The notes under the pieces were generated by a model. The model was given only the letters and a program-made list of their open reading frames with translations. It made no database searches and was not told where the DNA came from. A stretch of DNA of 64,000 nt from a virus. Lineage: Duplodnaviria > Caudoviricetes. Below are positions 48,430 to 57,132 of this stretch, one piece after another; the stretch's first letter is position 1, and the number at the start of each line of letters is the position of its first letter. The translations under genes were made by a program, and so were the position numbers. Location of the stretch: IMG/VR virus record IMGVR_UViG_3300042013_000103. One strand, written 5' to 3'.

Positions 48430-49749
48430 TTACGTGATTCGAGCAGCCAAGTCCATCCGTACGGTACGTAGCACCGTAGCATGCATTTTGGAAAGGAATA
48501 AGGAGAGGAAGCGACCCCCCACACCAGCAGCGGCAGCAGGAATGCCGTTCGGGTTCTCTGCCACCGCACGCCCGGCGCAGACCGCACAGATGTTCTTCCC
48601 TTTGCCTTGACCCGCTTTGCACGCCATCGGGCCACGGATGTCGATTTTCTTACCGACCAACGAATCGATGTTGTCTTTGGTGATCAGAATCGAGACGCCT
48701 TGCTGGATGTACGTGTACCCGAGCAAACCGGCTTTCACGAAGCTTCGCACCTGCGTCGGGATGCCCATCGTGGTGCCACAGTCCGGTTCGATGATTCGTG
48801 CCGTACCCACCATCCGGTAAATGGTCTTGGTCGATTCACCACCGAGTGCCGTTTGCGCCCCCCGGTTGTACGAACCGAAACGCAGGGAGTTGTTCATCGC
48901 CACCATTTTCTGGGTGTCAATGCCTTCTTCCAGCGACTTCGCAATGTACTCCACCGACGTACCGTCCGAGAACGGCGATTCGCCACCGAAGTGGTAGAAC
49001 ACCTTCATCCGGGTCCGGGCCGTTTTGGCCGAGGCCGTGTAGAACTCCTGGGACTCGTCCCCTTCCAAATACTGGTCATCGGCCGCTTTGTATGTCTGGC
49101 CGATCTTGGCAATGTACACGGGGTCGGTCAGGTGGTCCTTGTACTTTTCCGTTTGTTCGGCGCGGATGGCGTTGCGTTCCGGGGAACTGGTCATGGACTT
49201 GCGGGTCACTGAGGTTACCAGTCCATCCGCATAAGCCGGCATGGCCAGGCAGTGGTCAATGAACATCAGGTACTGCCACACGTGGAACTTCCCCTCGGGG
49301 GCTTTCGTAGTGCGGTCGCCATCGGGGCGGTTGCTGATCAAACGTTCTTCGACTTCGGCTTCCACGATCTTCGGGGAGCAGTAGCCAAACGGGAATTCAA
49401 ACAGCGTACCGAACGGTTCAATCAAACACAGTTGGTTGAAGAACACGTTGCCGTACGTGGTGATCTTGGTTTCCTTGCCGCGGTAGTTGGCAATCAACCC
49501 AGGGGTCAGTTCGAACGCATCCCGGAAGTGCAACGGCGCCCGGTCGGGAATCCAGTCTTCGAGGTAATGGCGTTCTTTGGTGTCGGGGTCGACGAAGAAC
49601 ACTTTGTCCTCGGCTTCCTTGACCAAATGCCGGGGGTAGTGGGGGTTGTCATTCCAGGTGTAGCACACGTTGAACAACCGGGTCATCCAATGGCGTTTCT
49701 TGCCCAGGCCATGTTGCAACCCCAGCAGGAAATAGTCACGCAGTTTCAT
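48430..49749 (-). CDS. rpoC: Virion RNA polymerase beta'-like subunit, C-terminal fragment (phiKZ gp80-like)
   Basis: SYNRGAQTALGG, IIEPDCGT and C...ICAVCAG Zn site typical of the beta' C-terminal region. Confidence 0.85.
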   Translation of the reverse strand: MKLRDYFLLGLQHGLGKKRHWMTRLFNVCYTWNDNPHYPRHLVKEAEDKVFFVDPDTKERHYLEDWIPDRAPLHFRDAFELTPGLIANYRGKETKITTYGNVFFNQLCLIEPFGTLFEFPFGYCSPKIVEAEVEERLISNRPDGDRTTKAPEGKFHVWQYLMFIDHCLAMPAYADGLVTSVTRKSMTSSPERNAIRAEQTEKYKDHLTDPVYIAKIGQTYKAADDQYLEGDESQEFYTASAKTARTRMKVFYHFGGESPFSDGTSVEYIAKSLEEGIDTQKMVAMNNSLRFGSYNRGAQTALGGESTKTIYRMVGTARIIEPDCGTTMGIPTQVRSFVKAGLLGYTYIQQGVSILITKDNIDSLVGKKIDIRGPMACKAGQGKGKNICAVCAGRAVAENPNGIPAAAAGVGGRFLSLFLSKMHATVLRTVRMDLAARIT

Positions 49750-50590
49750 TCGCGTATTCTCCTAAAAGCGCAAACACCGGTTTCAACGTCAGCTGCATGG
49801 TGCGCAACGCGGCGGTGTCTTCCTGGTAGTCAGTGATTAAAGTGTTGGTGTGGTTCGCGATGTCGGCCAAGGGCACGTCCGAGAACAGCACCAGCCCGAA
49901 GATCTCGTAAGCCGCCGCGGCGGGGTCTAGCCGGTCCAACCCATCCACGGCCAGTTGGTAGAGGTTGTCAATCGCTGCCCCCACGCGCAACCCGGCGTCC
50001 GACAGGTCAAACACCATGCTGAAACGTTCACGCCCTACACGGGCCACCACGCGGTTGATCAACCGAATGCGACTAACGGGTGCCAGCGGCGCTTCAATCG
50101 CCCCACGTGCAGCCATACGCGCTTCTAGCGTACGTGCAATGGCTTGAATCAACACATCGTCCACGGTTTGGATGTAATCTATGATTTGATCGAACTTTAA
50201 GCGGGTGAACATCGGGACCATGTGCGCAATGATCTCTTCGTTCGTGTGTTGCCCACCCATCAGCAGCACGATCTGGTCGGGGATGATGTAGTGGTCGAAT
50301 TCGGTCAAGGCTTTGACAATGGCCTGGCGCTGTTCTTGGGTCGCTTCGGTCGAGACCACGAGGTTGTGTTGAATGAAAATCTGGTTGTGGGCGTAATGAA
50401 TCACGTCGTCCAGACGACTGAGCAGCATCGCGTTGTCGGAGATCCCGGATTGGATCTCACACACCTGCTGGATCTCGTCGATGGCCGTTTCGTAGTTGAT
50501 GTGCTCTAAGGTCACCACACAATCAATGAGTACCTCTTTCCGCTCATCCGTAATGAGCGGTGTTAGGATACTGTCTAAATAGTCTTTCAT
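49736..50590 (-). CDS. Virion protein (gp79-like position)
   Basis: 284 aa, coupled to the vRNAP gene; TATG upstream at 50627. Confidence 0.7.
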   Translation of the reverse strand: MKDYLDSILTPLITDERKEVLIDCVVTLEHINYETAIDEIQQVCEIQSGISDNAMLLSRLDDVIHYAHNQIFIQHNLVVSTEATQEQRQAIVKALTEFDHYIIPDQIVLLMGGQHTNEEIIAHMVPMFTRLKFDQIIDYIQTVDDVLIQAIARTLEARMAARGAIEAPLAPVSRIRLINRVVARVGRERFSMVFDLSDAGLRVGAAIDNLYQLAVDGLDRLDPAAAAYEIFGLVLFSDVPLADIANHTNTLITDYQEDTAALRTMQLTLKPVFALLGEYANETA

Positions 50591-50751
50591 TATAAAAAGC
50601 CCCTATGAGCGTAACGATCTGTTTAACATAGGGTTGCGGGCCCAGTACATTACCTCAAGGCAAAGGGGAAGAAATGTACTACATTACCCCACACTATGTT
50701 CAAAGCTTATTTTCCCTCAAGCTTACCTAACAACCGATAAGGGCTATACCC

Positions 50752-51825
50752 ATGCAAACTCCTGTATCTGCTGTTCCGGAAACCGTCCGTGTGATCAACG
50801 AACAAGGTGAACTCCTCAAAGAACTCGCCGTCGGTTCGGAGCAACACCTCGCCCTAAAAGAGTCGCTGGGTATCGATGACTCCGTGCGTGAAGTGCAACG
50901 CCTGTCCCCTATCTCGTTCAAAGTGGACACTTCAGACGAATGGCTGCTGACCCCACGTGGCTACACGTTCAGTGAAACCGATCTGGATCAGATCGCCCAA
51001 GGTGACGTGGACACCCGCCGGTTGGTGGAGTTCGATGTGACCACCACGGCGCGTACCCCGCACCCTGAGTCCGACGATGGCCTGACCATGCACATCGATG
51101 CCAATGATCCAGATCCGTGCTGCACGGTTCGAATGGTCCAAAACAACGGTGCGCGCGTCGATACCGGCGACCTGACCCTCAGCGTTGAAGCCGACCCCCT
51201 CGACCCAGTGGCCGCCGTAGAAAGCCTGGCCAAAGTGGTGTGGGCCCCTGCACAACCAGGCTCGGGCAAAGGTTACCGCAACCGCCGTCAACAAAAGGCC
51301 GATGCAATCGAAGCACACAACTTGCATTACGCAAGCATCGCTAACCAAGAACAACTGGTGAAAGGCATGGCGGCTGTCCAAGAAGAATCCAAGGCCTTGG
51401 CCGAAGGGTTGCTCAAGTCCGAAATGGCCTGGGAGATCCTCGAGACCCTGGCCACCACCTGCACCCAGTTGATGCTGAACACGCGCAACTTCGTGGAACC
51501 GCTGATGCTGAACCTGCAGACCGAAGTCCTGCCGAAACTGGCTGACCCGGTGGCGTTCCAAAAGAACTACCAGAACCTGCTGCACGACGTGGGTGCCATG
51601 ACCAATGCACTGCAACTGCTGGCCGCTGCCCACGTGGGCAAGACCGGGGTGCCGACCGACGCCGATTTCGCCTTGATCGAAGCGACCTCCCTGGGCTACA
51701 GCAAAGTCCAGCACCAACTGGAAACCGCCGTGAACCCACTGATCTACGGCATGATCAAAACCATGGGCGACGCAGGCATCTCTGAACTGGCCCTGACCCT
51801 CCCTGCACAGGACGTGGCGCAATGA
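50752..51825 (+). CDS. Conserved hypothetical protein (gp78-like position)
   Basis: 357 aa; helical C-terminal domain with HVGKTG. Confidence 0.75.
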   Translation: MQTPVSAVPETVRVINEQGELLKELAVGSEQHLALKESLGIDDSVREVQRLSPISFKVDTSDEWLLTPRGYTFSETDLDQIAQGDVDTRRLVEFDVTTTARTPHPESDDGLTMHIDANDPDPCCTVRMVQNNGARVDTGDLTLSVEADPLDPVAAVESLAKVVWAPAQPGSGKGYRNRRQQKADAIEAHNLHYASIANQEQLVKGMAAVQEESKALAEGLLKSEMAWEILETLATTCTQLMLNTRNFVEPLMLNLQTEVLPKLADPVAFQKNYQNLLHDVGAMTNALQLLAAAHVGKTGVPTDADFALIEATSLGYSKVQHQLETAVNPLIYGMIKTMGDAGISELALTLPAQDVAQ

Positions 51826-53426
51826 AAGACCTCAATGACCTGAACGGCAACCAAGGCCAGTTCGAAGAACCGACAGGCCCGGAAGTGTTGGGGGATTCGT
51901 TCACCAACGACGACGCGTTCCTGACCCCCGAACCACCAGCGACCCAAGTGCCGTCGGAAGACCCGGAAGTCGACGCGGACGGTTTGTTCCGCCCAGCGCA
52001 AGCCCCGGTGAACTTCACCGCCCAGCGCCCAGCGGACGGCCCGGTGAACCCGAAGCTGCCCACGGTGCTGTCGTTCCTGCGGGAATCCACCAAGACCTTC
52101 CAGAAACTCCTGGACCTGAACGAAGACTTGTTCGAGCGGTTGAACAACGGGGACATCCCGGAAACTGAAGCCGATCAGCTCTGGCAAATGTCGCTGTACA
52201 ACGGCATGAACCACGTCAACATGGAAGACACCCCGCGCCGCGCGACGGAACGAGAAGGTTCGAACTGGCACCAATCGCTGATGCATGGCGAGATGCAGCT
52301 GCGCCCGGGCAAGCCGAAACAGAAACCGACCAACGCACGCAGTTCCCGGACGGAAATCCTCAGTTACCTGACCAAGGAATCCGGCCTGGGTGCCACCCAC
52401 GAAGCGATGATGCCGCACTCCGGGATCTGGCTGCGCCTGCGTACCCCGACTTTGCAAGAAGTCGTGAGCATGCAACAGAAGCTGGCCCAACGTCGCGTGT
52501 TGCTGGGCAAGGAATCCAAGGGCATGGCGTTCTCGAACGTGGCGGCGATGATGCTGGACGCGATCACGGACCTGGCCTTGAACTGCGTCATCTCCAGCAA
52601 CATCAAATACACCACCGCGACCGACATCGAAGAACAGCTCTCGGCACTGGACGAACCGTTCCTGCACCACGCCTTGGGCACCGCGATGTACATCGACGGG
52701 TTCAACTACAGTCACCCGTGCATCGCCGACGTGCACAGCTGCACCGAAGTCACCAGCGGCAACCTCGACATGTTCGCGCTGGTGTGGTACGACCGCACCG
52801 AATTCAACCAGCAACAAACCTATCACTTGGCCCGTCGGTTCCAAGACGTGTCCCGTGAAGACATCACCAAGTACAAGACCCAGTTCGTTCGTGGACAAGG
52901 TCGCGTGGTGTGGTTTGAAAAGGTCGGCATTCGCTTGGAAGTGCCATCCATCACCGAGCGTCGCCATGCCGGCAACGCGTGGATCCAGGGCATCGTGGAG
53001 ATGACCACCGGGGCGTTCAACGAACAACCCCACGAAGCCAACCGGGCAGCGTACATCGACAAGCTGGCCAAAGCTTCCACCGCGCGCCAGTACGGTCACT
53101 GGGTCACCTCGATCTGGCACCGTGGTGACGAACAGGAAGGCCAACCAGCCGAACCGGTCATGGTCACGGACGATCGCCAGACCATCGACGAGTACCTGGA
53201 CAACATCATGTCGGATGATGCCTACTCGGAACGGTTCTTTGATGCGGTCACACGCTACATTGATGATTCGATTGTCGGCATGATTGCGATCGAGTCGTTC
53301 AACTGCCCAGCGTGCAACACCCCTCAAGCGAAAGCGTTCCACGAACGGTTGGAGCACCTGATCCCCCTCGACATGGTCACGACGTTTTTTACGTTGGCAG
53401 CCCAGAAAGTCAAGAACCTCAGATAA
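51822..53426 (+). CDS. Conserved core protein (gp77-like) with C-terminal CxxC
   Basis: 534 aa; ATGA overlap; HSGIWLRL and CPACNTP motifs. Confidence 0.8.
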   Translation: MKDLNDLNGNQGQFEEPTGPEVLGDSFTNDDAFLTPEPPATQVPSEDPEVDADGLFRPAQAPVNFTAQRPADGPVNPKLPTVLSFLRESTKTFQKLLDLNEDLFERLNNGDIPETEADQLWQMSLYNGMNHVNMEDTPRRATEREGSNWHQSLMHGEMQLRPGKPKQKPTNARSSRTEILSYLTKESGLGATHEAMMPHSGIWLRLRTPTLQEVVSMQQKLAQRRVLLGKESKGMAFSNVAAMMLDAITDLALNCVISSNIKYTTATDIEEQLSALDEPFLHHALGTAMYIDGFNYSHPCIADVHSCTEVTSGNLDMFALVWYDRTEFNQQQTYHLARRFQDVSREDITKYKTQFVRGQGRVVWFEKVGIRLEVPSITERRHAGNAWIQGIVEMTTGAFNEQPHEANRAAYIDKLAKASTARQYGHWVTSIWHRGDEQEGQPAEPVMVTDDRQTIDEYLDNIMSDDAYSERFFDAVTRYIDDSIVGMIAIESFNCPACNTPQAKAFHERLEHLIPLDMVTTFFTLAAQKVKNLR

Positions 53427-53461
53427 ATGGGATTCCGTACACCGATGCCCGGTTCAGTCGT

Positions 53462-53920
53462 TTGGTGGTCGAACCCGCCGACGACAACGGGCACGTGACG
53501 AAACTGACCTTTGGTTTAGACCGCGTGGGTAAGCCGGGCAGCATTGACGACCTCCTTGAAAATGCCCCGGCCGTAAGACCAAGCACTGCCGAACGAATGA
53601 CCCGGGAAGCCTACCAAACCGAGTACGGGATTTGCGACCACAAGTCGCCCTTCCGTCACCCCTTTGCGAGTGTGTTACTGCACCCCAAAGAAAACGCGGT
53701 GGAAGGCGGGCCTTACCGGTCGATCTTGCGGAAGTACGTTCACTACCGAATCTGGGACACGTGGCACCTGTCCATCAAAGACTTCTTGGCGAGCGACTAC
53801 CCGGATGCGATGTACTACCTGCAGGTTTGTGAGTCCACGAACCTGAAAACCGATTCCGAAACAACGCGGATACAGAACGAGTTTAACCGACTCAATCCCA
53901 ACGCGCCGACAAAAAAATAA
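53462..53920 (+). CDS. Conserved core protein (gp76-like position); start uncertain
   Basis: REAYQTEYGI...HPKEN...WHLSIKDFL. No clear ATG with RBS; TTG 53462 is a guess. Confidence 0.65.
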   Translation: MVVEPADDNGHVTKLTFGLDRVGKPGSIDDLLENAPAVRPSTAERMTREAYQTEYGICDHKSPFRHPFASVLLHPKENAVEGGPYRSILRKYVHYRIWDTWHLSIKDFLASDYPDAMYYLQVCESTNLKTDSETTRIQNEFNRLNPNAPTKK

Positions 53921-53927
53921 AGCGTCT

Positions 53928-53978
53928 ACCCCCTCCCCTCCCCCAGCGCAAGCCAGGAGAGAGGAGGGGGTTTATGCC
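53928..53978. terminator. Hairpin terminator with TTTATGCC tail
   Basis: CCCCCTCC...GGAGGGGG-TTTATGCC between convergent genes. Confidence 0.7.
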
Positions 53979-53999
53979 GTTGTAACTAGCGAGCGTCGT

Positions 54000-54230
54000 T
54001 TAGGGAATCTTCAACGCGTAGAACCCCAGCACCGTCCAAGGCAAACAAGCCAAGAACATCAGGGTCCCCACGTTCCGGAATACCCAGCCACCCACACGGG
54101 TACCGGTGCAGAACATCAAGATCCCCGAGGTTGGTCCGGTGATAGCCCCGAACCAGATCGCCATCAGGATTACCACCCATTCAGGTATGGTGAGCATTAC
54201 AGCCTCCTCTTTAATAAGGCAAGTTGGCAC
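54000..54230 (-). CDS. Small membrane protein
   Basis: Hydrophobic 76-aa ORF (real start probably MLTIPEW). Confidence 0.65.
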   Translation of the reverse strand: MPTCLIKEEAVMLTIPEWVVILMAIWFGAITGPTSGILMFCTGTRVGGWVFRNVGTLMFLACLPWTVLGFYALKIP

Positions 54231-54429
54231 TTAACCACGCAGCGCCCTCAATACCAACGTAAACGATAAGACCGCCCACAAGGGCGATTAAGACAGCCTT
54301 GCACCGATTGCGTACACTCGGGCCCATGATAAGGCCACTGAGCCCCAGCAGGGCCATAGAGGCTCCTACCAGGATAGATACCGCCGGCCATACCACAGAT
54401 AATGCAAACATGACATTCACCTCACCCAA
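54211..54429 (-). CDS. Small membrane protein, two TM segments
   Basis: Hydrophobic ORF after an early promoter motif. Confidence 0.65.
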   Translation of the reverse strand: MGEVNVMFALSVVWPAVSILVGASMALLGLSGLIMGPSVRNRCKAVLIALVGGLIVYVGIEGAAWLSANLPY

Positions 54430-54430
54430 C

Positions 54431-55039
54431 TTAGGTTTTATTCATGTTTGTAATATAGTCGTCAATGCGCGTGGAATGCGTTTCGTCGGGGAAGGACCCC
54501 GCCACGAACAGATCCAAGCGGCTGGAGTCAGCGGGTTGTTGTTCCATCACGCAACGAGTAAGGTAGTCGTCCACGTGCTCGTAACTTAATTGCAAGTGGA
54601 TCCGGCGACCGAGTTCGTTCAGGGACTGAACTGCCCGTCCCCGGTGCGGGTCTAAGGAAATCCGCACATCCGACCGGACCGGTAGGTCGGCTGTGAACAT
54701 AGGCTGTAGGGCTAGTGGATCGGGGGTCCTTGTTGATCTCACATACACTGGAGCATCTGTAGTAGGTAGTGAGGAAGGTAACTGGTCGATGCTGGTAAGC
54801 GCGGACGGCGTCAATGCATCGACAATGACCCGGTAACCGCTGCCATCGCCAACTAAACCGATCTCTGAGATCACGGCAGCTCGATCGCCCACTATCGATC
54901 CTAATGGACTGAGGCGATCTTCACGCGCAGCGAGGTGGTCTTTGGGCAACAACCCACCCAGGAACCGCCCCAGTTCTGACAGGACGATCTGTCCCACGGT
55001 ACGGCCACTGTTCCATTGCTTTTTGATGCGAGTCAACAT
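54431..55039 (-). CDS. Hypothetical protein
   Basis: ATG 55039 with RBS AAGGAG (MLTRIKKQ...). Confidence 0.6.
   Translation of the reverse strand: MLTRIKKQWNSGRTVGQIVLSELGRFLGGLLPKDHLAAREDRLSPLGSIVGDRAAVISEIGLVGDGSGYRVIVDALTPSALTSIDQLPSSLPTTDAPVYVRSTRTPDPLALQPMFTADLPVRSDVRISLDPHRGRAVQSLNELGRRIHLQLSYEHVDDYLTRCVMEQQPADSSRLDLFVAGSFPDETHSTRIDDYITNMNKT
54449..54460 (-). promoter_or_regulatory. Putative early promoter GACTATATTACA
   Basis: Exact motif embedded in the last codons of the upstream ORF. Confidence 0.7.
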
Positions 55040-55050
55040 GGTGCTGCTCC

Positions 55051-55494
55051 TTAGAAGGGACTGGTCCAAGCGAAATAAGAAAGAGCCGCATCACCGACCT
55101 GGCACAACACGGTACCGATCAGTACGACGGCCGAACACATGCTGAGGGCCACGACGGCATAACAAGCAGAACTGTAGATGGATTCGTTGTGAGCCACGCG
55201 GTGGGCCAGGACCGCATCCATGGTCATGTCGGCAGCCAAGTAAATCGCAAACACCGACACGTACCAATTGTCCCAGAGTCTCGGGTTCGGAATCAAATAG
55301 GCGCAGACCAAGACCGTGAGGCACAGCATCACCGCCATGATGGCCATGGCTGTTTGACTTACCCAGCGTTTACCGCGGCGTTCTGGCTTGTCGTGGTTGT
55401 GACCATAACATGCGGTCAGGTAGAAGGCAGGGGGTGCTAACACCAACATCAGGATCACCAAAGCCACCGCTTGGATCAATTGCCAATCAATCAT
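55051..55494 (-). CDS. Multi-pass membrane protein (~4 TM)
   Basis: Four hydrophobic segments; RBS GAGGA. Confidence 0.75.
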   Translation of the reverse strand: MIDWQLIQAVALVILMLVLAPPAFYLTACYGHNHDKPERRGKRWVSQTAMAIMAVMLCLTVLVCAYLIPNPRLWDNWYVSVFAIYLAADMTMDAVLAHRVAHNESIYSSACYAVVALSMCSAVVLIGTVLCQVGDAALSYFAWTSPF

Positions 55495-55516
55495 TATCGT
55501 TCCTCTTAAATTAACA

Positions 55517-55542
55517 GCATAAAGCTTCCCCGAAGGGAAGCC
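55517..55542 (-). terminator. Hairpin terminator after the helicase gene
   Basis: GCATAAA-GCTTCCC-cgaa-GGGAAGC. Confidence 0.7.
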
Positions 55543-55544
55543 TG

Positions 55545-57077
55545 TTACGAGATGCGTCGCAGGTACATCGTTTTGATCTTGCCTTTAAAGTCCTCTTCCT
55601 TGGTGGACCAATAACGGAGGTGGTGCGGCACTTGTTGGCACAGAGCACAGGTCAAACGTGGGGTCACGTCCGGGAAGTCCCGAAGTTTCCGCAATCGACC
55701 GGCGATCTGAATACTGTCCTTCTTGGACCCAGTGTTGTGGAACAAGACCCCTTCCCGCAGGTTAGGAATGTCCACGCCCGTGCCCGACGACTTGATGGTA
55801 GACCCCGTCAGTTCGTTGGTGAGGAGTTTGTTGTAGTCGCTGCCCGCGTAATGGGCCCCAGACACGACGTCAGGGAACTGCTCTTTCAGGTGTTTCATCA
55901 CCAGTTCAATAAAAGCCACGGTGGCAAACAACAACAAACACTTCTGACCTGGCAACCGGTCTTTGATGAACACCCCTTCGACAATCCGAGTGACAATGGC
56001 CAAGTAATCCGCCAAGCGCTTCGGGTTCTTCATCATCTCCGTTTCATAACGCGCATGGTTGTACGTGTTCTTAAACGGAGCGAGGTAGTCCTTGGGCTTC
56101 ACTTTGATGTCGTTGTACAACACCCCCATCACGTTGATGTACACGTCGTAGTTAGGCAGCCGCACTTTGGTGTGCTCTGGCAGCATGACGTCGATCATCT
56201 TGGTGACGTAAGCATTCCCAGTGAACGGCGTAGCCGAGAGGTAGATCTGTTTCGCCACGTTGGAGTACATGTCAATCCGAAACAACAGCCCCGGATCTTC
56301 CTGGATCTCATCGTGAATCACACAACCGACCTGCAGCACTTCGTGGAAACGTTGTGGGGGACAGTTGTAGCCCATGTCCGACAACCCTTTCTCGCCGTGC
56401 TTCTCGTACTTCTCGATGTAGTTCCGGTACGACGTGGTCGACACCAGGTACACGTCGATCTCGTCCAAATCGTTTTCAATCCCACGGTCAATCACCCGCA
56501 TGATCTCAGCCGACCCGGAGATCCGACAGAAGCGCAAACCAATGTCTTTATACGTGTTCATCAAGGCTTCGTCCCAGATACCGAAGTACTTGGGTGGAAC
56601 CATGACAATGCACTTGACCCCCAGTGCTTTGAGGATAGCCAACGAAGTTAACGTTTTGCCTTTGCCTGTTTGCAAGTCGATCCGAACAGAGATCATCCCC
56701 TCGCGTAAAGCGTCCTCTTTAATAATCTCCTGGTAATCCCGCAACACGTACTTTTCATACATGTCGTAGTAAGCTGTCGCGCTGCTCGGAGGCAGTACAT
56801 CCACCACTTTGATACGATTCGGTGTAATGAACTGGTTGCCCAGGTATCGAACCAAATCGTCATAGCAGTTACGGTGGATGGTGATTTCCCGGTGATCCTC
56901 GGTCAGACCATAGTACTTTTTCTTCAGTTCCATGATCATGCCGCGACCCGGGATCTTCTTCGGTTCCTTCAACGACAGACCTTCTAAGAAGCCCTGCATT
57001 TTGTAGAAGGTATCCCGTGAAAACCCCGTGAGGCGAACACCGTGGGAATAACGTTCTGCTATGAGTAACGGTTCCAT
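55545..57077 (-). CDS. Superfamily 2 helicase (phiKZ gp75-like)
   Basis: Walker A LQTGKGKT, Walker B IHDEIQE, motif III LSATP, motif VI QIAGRLR. Confidence 0.9.
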   Translation of the reverse strand: MEPLLIAERYSHGVRLTGFSRDTFYKMQGFLEGLSLKEPKKIPGRGMIMELKKKYYGLTEDHREITIHRNCYDDLVRYLGNQFITPNRIKVVDVLPPSSATAYYDMYEKYVLRDYQEIIKEDALREGMISVRIDLQTGKGKTLTSLAILKALGVKCIVMVPPKYFGIWDEALMNTYKDIGLRFCRISGSAEIMRVIDRGIENDLDEIDVYLVSTTSYRNYIEKYEKHGEKGLSDMGYNCPPQRFHEVLQVGCVIHDEIQEDPGLLFRIDMYSNVAKQIYLSATPFTGNAYVTKMIDVMLPEHTKVRLPNYDVYINVMGVLYNDIKVKPKDYLAPFKNTYNHARYETEMMKNPKRLADYLAIVTRIVEGVFIKDRLPGQKCLLLFATVAFIELVMKHLKEQFPDVVSGAHYAGSDYNKLLTNELTGSTIKSSGTGVDIPNLREGVLFHNTGSKKDSIQIAGRLRKLRDFPDVTPRLTCALCQQVPHHLRYWSTKEEDFKGKIKTMYLRRIS

Positions 57078-57132
57078 AAAAATTTAACGAGTTGCTGGGG
57101 GCTTTACGGCCCCCAACAGTTCGCCCTCCCAC

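Noticed and set aside
53384-53390. GTTTTTT run as a possible -1 slip site joining the gp77-like and gp76-like genes
   Set aside because: G TTT TTT does not fit X XXY YYZ, and shifting there would remove the conserved C-terminus; not supportable.
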